Source: Nitrosarchaeum sp. (GTDB taxonomy: Archaea; Thermoproteota; Nitrososphaeria; Nitrososphaerales; Nitrosopumilaceae). From it: 55,419 nt of DNA. The stretch is from NCBI GenBank assembly GCA_009697485.1, contig SICY01000001.1, forward strand, positions 1 to 55,419, given 5' to 3'. Positions 49,014 to 55,419 of the stretch are shown here, piece by piece. A program made the position numbers and the translations under genes. The notes under the pieces were generated by a model. The model saw only the letters and a program-made list of their open reading frames with translations. It was not told where the DNA came from and did not search any database. Within the stretch, counting starts at the first letter, position 1. Each line of letters opens with the position of its first letter.

Positions 49014-50083
49014 CCTATTTAGATGATTTTGAATTTTTTGGTAATGTAAACAAAGCTCACGATTTTATTGATGCACTTAAATCTGGAAATTTTTTATTCT
49101 CACTTGTAATTTCTTATACTGAAACATGTGAAATCCCAGACATTACATTTGCAGGTGCTGATAAAGATTCAATACAATTCACTCCTCCAGCAGATGCTGA
49201 ATACCTTTACTATGGTTATTGTAAAACAATTGATAAAATTCCAATGACTCCTGATGGTAAGCCTACGCCAGCATTACTTACTAAAACTGCATTAGAGTCT
49301 TGCAGTATTCCTCATGTTGTAATTAATGCTGGAAGTAAAATCTCACCTCAGCTACCTTTCATCCACACTGGTTTGGTACATGGGAAAAACATTTCAGTTG
49401 AATCTGCAATGAGGAATTCTCAAGTATTTCAGGCAGTAGATTATGGAAGAATGGTAGGAAGAAGTCTTGCATCTTTGACTGATTGTTTGATAATAGGAGA
49501 AAGTATTCCTGGTGGCACAACCACTGCTCTTGCTGTATTACGAGGATTAGGATTCCAAGCTAAAGTAAGTTCTAGTATTCCAAATAATCCGGTTGAATTA
49601 AAAAATCAAATTGTTAATCTGGCATTAGGGAGATTAACTTCTAATAATCCATATCATGTAATAGCTGAAGTTGGTGATCCTATGATTGCTTTTGTAGCTG
49701 GTATGCTAAGTTCCGCATCTGAAATCACTAAAGTAATGTTAGCAGGTGGTACACAAATGACTGCTGTTTTAGCATTTGCTTCAAAAATTGGTTTCAATGA
49801 ACAAAATACTGCTATTGGAACTACTTCTTACATCTCTAATGATAACAGTGCTAATTTTAAATCTCTTGTTTCAGAAATTGCAGATATTCCTGTCATAGCT
49901 GTTAATCCTGGACTTGAAAATTCTAAATTTTCAGGACTAAAAGCATTCTCACAGGGATTTGCAAAAGAAGGTGTAGGTGCAGGCGGTAGTATTATTGCAT
50001 CTATGATAAAAACAGGAAATGATTCCACTCATTTTTTAACGCTATCTGAAAAAGAATATACTCGACTTTTTACTTCACTGTGA
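49010..50083 (+). CDS. cobT: Archaeal-type nicotinate-nucleotide:base phosphoribosyltransferase
   Basis: PTPA, ESIPGGTTTA, LAGGTQM, KEGVGAGG. Confidence 0.88.
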   Translation: MTYLDDFEFFGNVNKAHDFIDALKSGNFLFSLVISYTETCEIPDITFAGADKDSIQFTPPADAEYLYYGYCKTIDKIPMTPDGKPTPALLTKTALESCSIPHVVINAGSKISPQLPFIHTGLVHGKNISVESAMRNSQVFQAVDYGRMVGRSLASLTDCLIIGESIPGGTTTALAVLRGLGFQAKVSSSIPNNPVELKNQIVNLALGRLTSNNPYHVIAEVGDPMIAFVAGMLSSASEITKVMLAGGTQMTAVLAFASKIGFNEQNTAIGTTSYISNDNSANFKSLVSEIADIPVIAVNPGLENSKFSGLKAFSQGFAKEGVGAGGSIIASMIKTGNDSTHFLTLSEKEYTRLFTSL

Positions 50084-51830
50084 CTGATTTAGCCAAGTTT
50101 CTTGGATAATCCGGGTCAGCGTCTTTTTCAATTGCAGCATAATATGAAAGCAGTTGTATTGGAATTGTTTCTGAAATCGGATATGCTAATTCACTAGTTT
50201 TTGGAATTTCTATCCAATAATCATAGACATCACTTTTCTCATCTGATATGCCGATGATCTTTGCACCACGCGCTTTAATTTCTCTAGCACTTGTTAATGT
50301 ATCCACATATGTTGAATCATTTGGATTAATTATAATCACAAATACATTGGAATCCATAAGTGCCAATGGACCATGTTTTAATTCGCCTCCTGGTATTCCT
50401 TCCGCATGAATGTATGTCAGTTCTTTTAATTTTAAAGCAGACTCTATTGCTATTGGATAGTGAATTCCTCTACCTAGAACATAGATATCTGAAATCTCTT
50501 TAATTTCTCTAGCAATGTGCCTAATTTGAGCATGATTTTCAAGAATTTTTGCAATTGCTTCTGATATTTCTTTATATCTAATTTCAAACTTTCCATCACA
50601 CAACTCTTCTGTGATTTTGTATACTATGATCATTTGAGATGTAAAACTTTTTGTTGCTGCAACGCCTATCTCGGGACCACAATTCATCCCAATTACAATA
50701 TCTGATTCCCTTGCCAAAGATGATGTAAGTGAATTTACTATGGAAATGATCTTACAGTTTACTTTTTTTGCAATATTTACCGCATCTAATACGTCTGCAC
50801 TTTCACCACTTTGTGAAATTGCAATTAATGTTGAATTTGGTTCAATTATATCTGAAGAAAATTGTAATTCACTTGAAATTATTGCATCTACTTTTATTTT
50901 TGCATATTTGGCTAAAACTTGTTTTGCAATTAACGCTGCATTATAACTAGTTCCACTTCCAGTTATGTAGATGTTCTTCGAATTTTTAATATAACTTGCT
51001 GCATTTTTAATTGCATCTTTTGTATTTTCTCCTGCTTTGAATATAGTGTCTGGCTGCTCTGAAATTTCTTTTAATGTAAAATGTGCATAGTCGCCCTTAT
51101 ACGCATCTGCAAATTCTTTTGATACTTTTGTAATTTGCTGTTTTACGCTTTCTCCATTAAAATCTAAAATTTGTAATTTGTCTTTATCAATTATGACAAA
51201 ATTACCATTTTCAATGTAAATGGCATTATCTGTTTGTTCAATAAATCCTAAAACATCACTTGAGAGAAAATAACTGTTTTTTCCAATTCCAACAATTAAT
51301 GGTTCATGAAATCTTGCAGCTGCCAATTGCCCATTTTCAAACATTGCAATAAATGCATAATTACCCTTTAATTCTGAAACTGTTTTGATTATTGCACTTT
51401 TAACATTCTTGACTATCTCATAATTTTTTTGAAGAAGATTTGCTATTACTTCACTGTCTGTTTCACTTTTGAAAATATATCCGTCTTTTTCTAATTCTTT
51501 CTTTAATTGTTCGAAATTTTCTATAATCCCATTATGCACTATTGCCAATTTTCCAGAATTGCTAGAATGTGGGTGTGCATTTGCATCTGTCACTTTTCCA
51601 TGAGTTGCCCATCTAGTGTGACCTATTCCAACTTTTCCAGGTAATGTGTCAAGTTTAATCCTAGAGTTTACTTCTTCTACTTTTCCAACTCCTTTTTTTA
51701 ATTCAATTTGACTATTTGATTCGGTTGCAACTCCAACGCTATCATATCCGCGATATTCCATTCTTCTCAATCCTTTGACTATTATTGGTGCTGCTATCTC
51801 ATTTCCATAATAACCAATAATTGAACACAT
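50070..51830 (-). CDS. glmS: Glutamine-fructose-6-phosphate aminotransferase
   Basis: N-terminal Cys, EYRGYDS, GHTRWATHG, SQSGE, PRNLAKSVTV. Confidence 0.96.
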   Translation of the reverse strand: MCSIIGYYGNEIAAPIIVKGLRRMEYRGYDSVGVATESNSQIELKKGVGKVEEVNSRIKLDTLPGKVGIGHTRWATHGKVTDANAHPHSSNSGKLAIVHNGIIENFEQLKKELEKDGYIFKSETDSEVIANLLQKNYEIVKNVKSAIIKTVSELKGNYAFIAMFENGQLAAARFHEPLIVGIGKNSYFLSSDVLGFIEQTDNAIYIENGNFVIIDKDKLQILDFNGESVKQQITKVSKEFADAYKGDYAHFTLKEISEQPDTIFKAGENTKDAIKNAASYIKNSKNIYITGSGTSYNAALIAKQVLAKYAKIKVDAIISSELQFSSDIIEPNSTLIAISQSGESADVLDAVNIAKKVNCKIISIVNSLTSSLARESDIVIGMNCGPEIGVAATKSFTSQMIIVYKITEELCDGKFEIRYKEISEAIAKILENHAQIRHIAREIKEISDIYVLGRGIHYPIAIESALKLKELTYIHAEGIPGGELKHGPLALMDSNVFVIIINPNDSTYVDTLTSAREIKARGAKIIGISDEKSDVYDYWIEIPKTSELAYPISETIPIQLLSYYAAIEKDADPDYPRNLAKSVTVK

Positions 51831-51911
51831 AACTGATCTATCTGATAATATGAGGGGTTATTTACTGTTAAACCTATTTCTTGTAATTAATCAATTGAAA
51901 GTCTTTCTATT

Positions 51912-52475
51912 CTAAGATTCTACTTCAGTTGTCTCTGTGACTGCATTAATTTCAGGTTTTGATTCTGGCTTTTTAGTACTTTCTAACATGCTTGGAATAT
52001 TGGATTCTGGTGAAAAATGAATATTCTTTTCCTCTTCCAATGTTACAATATATGATGGAATGTTTACTTTTCTATCTCCAATCATTATATGTCCATGAAT
52101 TACCGCCTGTCTTGCTTGATATGGTGTTTTAAATCCAAATTTTCTTGATACCAATGTTTGTAATCTACGTGAAAGTAAATCATTTACTTGAAGATTGAGT
52201 ACATCATCTAATGTGGATTCATTACTGACTAGTCCTATTCTTGATAATGATTTCATTAAAATTGGTTCTTTTTCTAGTCTGATCTCTTGTCTCAAAGCAA
52301 GCAATGATCTTGCTTGATGTCTGACCCGAGATAATTCTGTATGTGCTTTCCATAATTCTCTTTTTGATCTTAAACCAAATGTGCCAAGAGTTTTTAGTTC
52401 CTCCATTTTTAATTCGTAATTAAGTGGTCTCTTTGGTTTTCTCCACATTCTTCTTGGATATTTAGGATCTCCCAC
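51912..52475 (-). CDS. rps4: 30S ribosomal protein S4 (uS4)
   Basis: MGDP, RRLQT, QARQAVIHGHI. Confidence 0.96.
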   Translation of the reverse strand: MGDPKYPRRMWRKPKRPLNYELKMEELKTLGTFGLRSKRELWKAHTELSRVRHQARSLLALRQEIRLEKEPILMKSLSRIGLVSNESTLDDVLNLQVNDLLSRRLQTLVSRKFGFKTPYQARQAVIHGHIMIGDRKVNIPSYIVTLEEEKNIHFSPESNIPSMLESTKKPESKPEINAVTETTEVES

Positions 52476-52484
52476 TCAATTCAC

Positions 52485-53063
52485 CTATTTCTTTTTCTCC
52501 GCAGGAGCTGCTTTCTTTTCTGCAGCAGGTTTTGCTGTTGCCGGGGTAGCTGCTGTTGTTGGTGCAGCTGCTGTTGCTGCTGCAGGTGCAGCTGCTGCTT
52601 GTGCAGGAGCTGGTTTTCCAGCTTTGGCAACACCTACTGCTCCTCCTTTTCTACCTGTAGTTCTTGTACATTGTCCTCTAACTTTTAGTCCATACATGTG
52701 ACGATAACCTCTCCAACTATTGGTGGTTCTCTCTCGTTCAATATCATTTCTTAAAGTAAAAGGAATATCTGATGTCAATAGATGCTTATTTCCTCCAGTC
52801 TCGATGTCTTTTCTTCTGTTAAGGAACCATACTGGAAAATTTCCTGCTATGGGATTGGTAATTAATTTTTCAATTGATTGAACATTAGATTCAGATAGAA
52901 AACCAATATTTGTATTAGTATTAATTTTTAGTGTATCTAGAATTGCTGTGGCAAAATTATATCCTATCCCTTTAATCTGGGTTAATCCCACAATGGCTTT
53001 TTTAGCTCCAGGAATATCATTTCCTACAATCCTAACAATGTGTCTAAATTCTTGAGTGCTCAA
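52485..53063 (-). CDS. rps13: 30S ribosomal protein S13 (uS13) with Ala/Pro/Lys-rich tail
   Basis: [20 protein letters not shown]. Confidence 0.96.
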   Translation of the reverse strand: MSTQEFRHIVRIVGNDIPGAKKAIVGLTQIKGIGYNFATAILDTLKINTNTNIGFLSESNVQSIEKLITNPIAGNFPVWFLNRRKDIETGGNKHLLTSDIPFTLRNDIERERTTNSWRGYRHMYGLKVRGQCTRTTGRKGGAVGVAKAGKPAPAQAAAAPAAATAAAPTTAATPATAKPAAEKKAAPAEKKK

Positions 53064-53217
53064 GTATTGAAAAATTCTTAGTTACCCCGATAAAAACCAT
53101 GCTAGGCGTCAATTAGATGTGTTTCAAAAGGATTCAGTGCGAGTCAAATATTATAATTTTCACACTTTATTTCTTATTTTAGCCTCCGATCTGAGATATT
53201 GAGTTAAATTCCAAAAT

Positions 53218-53370
53218 TTATCTAAAGTCTGAATCTTCTGTCCAGTCTTTACCTTGTACATTCCATTGATTGCATTTGCAGCACTTCTTTACTCCTCTTT
53301 GAGCATCTATTTCGATACAGAAACAATGTTCTCCTTTTCCTGATGTATCTTTAATACATAATTTCTGCAT
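53218..53370 (-). CDS. Cys-rich 50-aa microprotein
   Basis: MQKLCIKDTSGKGEHCFCIEIDAQRGVKKCCKCNQWNVQGKDWTEDSDFR*; not in the ORF track. Confidence 0.65.
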   Translation of the reverse strand: MQKLCIKDTSGKGEHCFCIEIDAQRGVKKCCKCNQWNVQGKDWTEDSDFR

Positions 53371-53472
53371 TATTTGTAATTACAATATTTTACTAATTAT
53401 CCTATTGGTGTAAATCATGTGCAATTTTCTCTTAGAAAAGTTATAAGTTCACATAAAGATTGATGATTATAA

Positions 53473-53784
53473 ATGGATGATACTTTTGATAGAGAAAAAG
53501 TGGTTGATTGTATGTTTGATCCTGTTACATCGTCTATTTTAGCTGAATTAGAAGATGGTGAAAAAGAATGTTCCTTTTTAGCAGAAAAATCTTCTATTTC
53601 TGAAAGTGAGGTTTCTGAAAGGCTTTCTTATTTGTTAGCTCATGGATTTATTTTTAAAAATTCTAATAATGGAAAATCTATATTTTCTGCAAATACTGAA
53701 AAATTAACTCAAATTGTAGAAAACAGTGATACCTTTAATGCAACAATTGAAGGGTTGGAAAAAATGGATAGTTATCTTAACTAA
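53473..53784 (+). CDS. Winged-HTH (ArsR-like) protein
   Basis: DPVTSSILAEL..GE....LAE......SEVSERLSYL...GFI pattern. Confidence 0.65.
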   Translation: MDDTFDREKVVDCMFDPVTSSILAELEDGEKECSFLAEKSSISESEVSERLSYLLAHGFIFKNSNNGKSIFSANTEKLTQIVENSDTFNATIEGLEKMDSYLN

Positions 53785-54280
53785 AAGGTTTCTTACGATT
53801 TTTGATTGCATAAATGGCAACTCCTACTATTCCAATCAACCCAATTATGAGAATGTATAGGGAAATGAACCCTAATGATTTCTTACCTGCATCTGGTTCT
53901 GGTCCTATCACTCCAAAGATTTTGATTTCTTTTTCATCTAGATTTTCAATAACTAATTTGTATATTCCTGATATTGTAATGTTGAATCGTCCTTCAAAAA
54001 CTTCTTCATCAATTAATTGAGATTCTATTTCTTTGTCAAATGGATCTAATATTTTTGCTGTGATTCCTTCTTTAAAATTAATTATCTGAATTGCATAAAT
54101 TCCAGTTTGTGTTTTTGTATTGTCTAATTCGACTGGAATTGTCAAATTTTCTCCAAATTTGACTTGGCCTTCTCTTTTATTCAAATCCTCAAAAATTACT
54201 TGATTTCCATAAAATGATAGTATTATTCCCACGCCTACTATGCTACCTACAATCACAAAAAGAATGCCTGATTTTTGCAT
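53777..54280 (-). CDS. Membrane protein (N- and C-terminal TM segments flanking a beta-rich domain)
   Basis: Hydropathy pattern; basic C-terminus. Confidence 0.7.
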   Translation of the reverse strand: MQKSGILFVIVGSIVGVGIILSFYGNQVIFEDLNKREGQVKFGENLTIPVELDNTKTQTGIYAIQIINFKEGITAKILDPFDKEIESQLIDEEVFEGRFNITISGIYKLVIENLDEKEIKIFGVIGPEPDAGKKSLGFISLYILIIGLIGIVGVAIYAIKNRKKPFS

Positions 54281-54348
54281 AGTCTATTTGTAATATTCTT
54301 TAGTTTAAACCTAATTTTTAATAACTAGAATTCATTTTACTTCATAAA

Positions 54349-54387
54349 TTTAGACTAGGCTAAAAAAGTTAGCCTAGGCTAACTTTT
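54349..54387. promoter_or_regulatory. Tandem palindromic operators (TTAG-N6-CTAA)
   Basis: Perfect 24-bp palindrome AAAAGTTAGCCTAGGCTAACTTTT at 54364-54387, plus TTTAGACTAGGCTAAA at 54349-54364; overlaps TATA-like TTTTAAATA. Confidence 0.7.
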
Positions 54388-54417
54388 AAATAAACAAATT
54401 ACCTTTATTGATTATCC

Positions 54418-55419
54418 TTGAAACTTAATCGATCAACTACCATGTTGATGCTATCTGCAATTATTGGCGTCTCAACAATTATTGTTTTTTCGGTATTTTC
54501 CGAAGCCCAATTAGAACCAAAAATATTTGTTACTCATTCAGGTCAAGTAATTCGAACATCTGGAGATGTTTTAGATCCACTTTATACTGCTTCAACCGTT
54601 GAATTCGATCCGAGCAAATATCTTCGAGATTTTAATTATGGAAGGATCTCTGAATTAAATGGTCAAACAATTAGAGAATTTACAATAATTGCAGAAGATG
54701 ATAAAATACAAGAAATATCTCCTGGTGTTTTTTACAATGTTTGGACTTTTAATGGAACTGTCCCTGGTCCTACAATTCGTGCAACTGAAGGCGATTTAGT
54801 TCGAATTCATTTCATCAACAATGGTTCTAAATATCACACAATGCATTTCCATGGAATTCATCCGGCTGAGATGGATGGCGTATTTGAAACTGTGGGTCCT
54901 GGCGGTGGACAATTTATTTACGAATTTGAAGCTGGTCCTGTGGGGGTTCATCCATATCACTGTCATGTTATGCCGCTTGAAGAACATATTTCACATGGCC
55001 TTTATGGTGTTTACATAGTAGATCCAAAAGAAGGAAGACTGCCAGCTGATGAAATGGTTATGGTTCTAAATGGATTTGATACTAATTTTGACACTGAAAA
55101 TAATTTCTATGCTGCTAATTCAATTCCGTTTTATTACCAACATCATCCAATCCAAATTAAAACAAATGAACTAATTCGTATCTATGTTGTAAATATGGTA
55201 GAATTTGATCCAATAAACAATTTTCATCTACATGGAAATCTGTACAATTACTATCCTACAGGCACTAGTACTGTTCCTTCCACATATACTGACATGATAA
55301 CACTATCCCAAACTGAAAGAGGCATCATGGAATTCAAATATGATTATCCCGGAAAATATCTATTTCATGCACATAAGGTAGAATTTTCAGAAAAAGGTTG
55401 GGTTGGAATATTTCTAGTA
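54418..55419 (+). CDS. Exported two-domain multicopper oxidase (truncated by window end)
   Basis: TTG start, hydrophobic leader, FNGTVPGP, HTMHFHG, YHCHVMPLEEHISHGL, domain 2 FHLHG and FHAH. Absent from the ORF track because no stop codon falls in the window. Confidence 0.9.
   Translation, partial: MKLNRSTTMLMLSAIIGVSTIIVFSVFSEAQLEPKIFVTHSGQVIRTSGDVLDPLYTASTVEFDPSKYLRDFNYGRISELNGQTIREFTIIAEDDKIQEISPGVFYNVWTFNGTVPGPTIRATEGDLVRIHFINNGSKYHTMHFHGIHPAEMDGVFETVGPGGGQFIYEFEAGPVGVHPYHCHVMPLEEHISHGLYGVYIVDPKEGRLPADEMVMVLNGFDTNFDTENNFYAANSIPFYYQHHPIQIKTNELIRIYVVNMVEFDPINNFHLHGNLYNYYPTGTSTVPSTYTDMITLSQTERGIMEFKYDYPGKYLFHAHKVEFSEKGWVGIFLV

Noticed and set aside
51831-51911. glmS ribozyme upstream of glmS
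   Set aside because: The gap is only about 80 nt, AT-rich, with no ribozyme core or helices.
1684-55018. Many short antisense or alternate-frame ORFs in the track (e.g. 1684..1929, 8673..8984, 33392..33658, 40533..41048, 47087..47629, 54796..54987, 54821..55018)
   Set aside because: They lie within well-supported genes and have no motifs; shadow ORFs.
54418-55419. Calling the MCO nirK
   Set aside because: It has HCH and paired HxH trinuclear motifs and no axial Met, which fits a 2dMCO better.

Overview
AT-rich core-genome segment of an ammonia-oxidising archaeon (Nitrososphaerota, Nitrosopumilaceae-like; inferred from gene content and order). It contains FNR, the acetyl/propionyl-CoA carboxylase genes of the 3HP/4HB cycle and an 11-gene complex I operon (nuoABCDHIJK-M-L-N, no nuoEFG). 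It also has non-oxidative pentose phosphate genes with a transketolase-RPE fusion, the rpoN-eno-rps2-MEMO-mvk-ipk-idi-GGPPS-gltX superoperon, ABCE1, cobT, glmS, rps13/rps4 and a two-domain multicopper oxidase cut by the right edge. RNA genes are four tRNAs (one with a T-loop BHB intron), a stand-alone 5S rRNA and an unannotated C/D-box sRNA. I saw no mobile element, CRISPR array or defence island. The best leads are a hypothetical protein (2174..3289) that aligns by eye with isoprenoid-synthase motifs, a double-guide C/D sRNA, a CADD-like protein, tandem palindromic operators upstream of the multicopper oxidase, and several microproteins missed by the ORF track. All family assignments come from motif recognition by eye; no searches were run.
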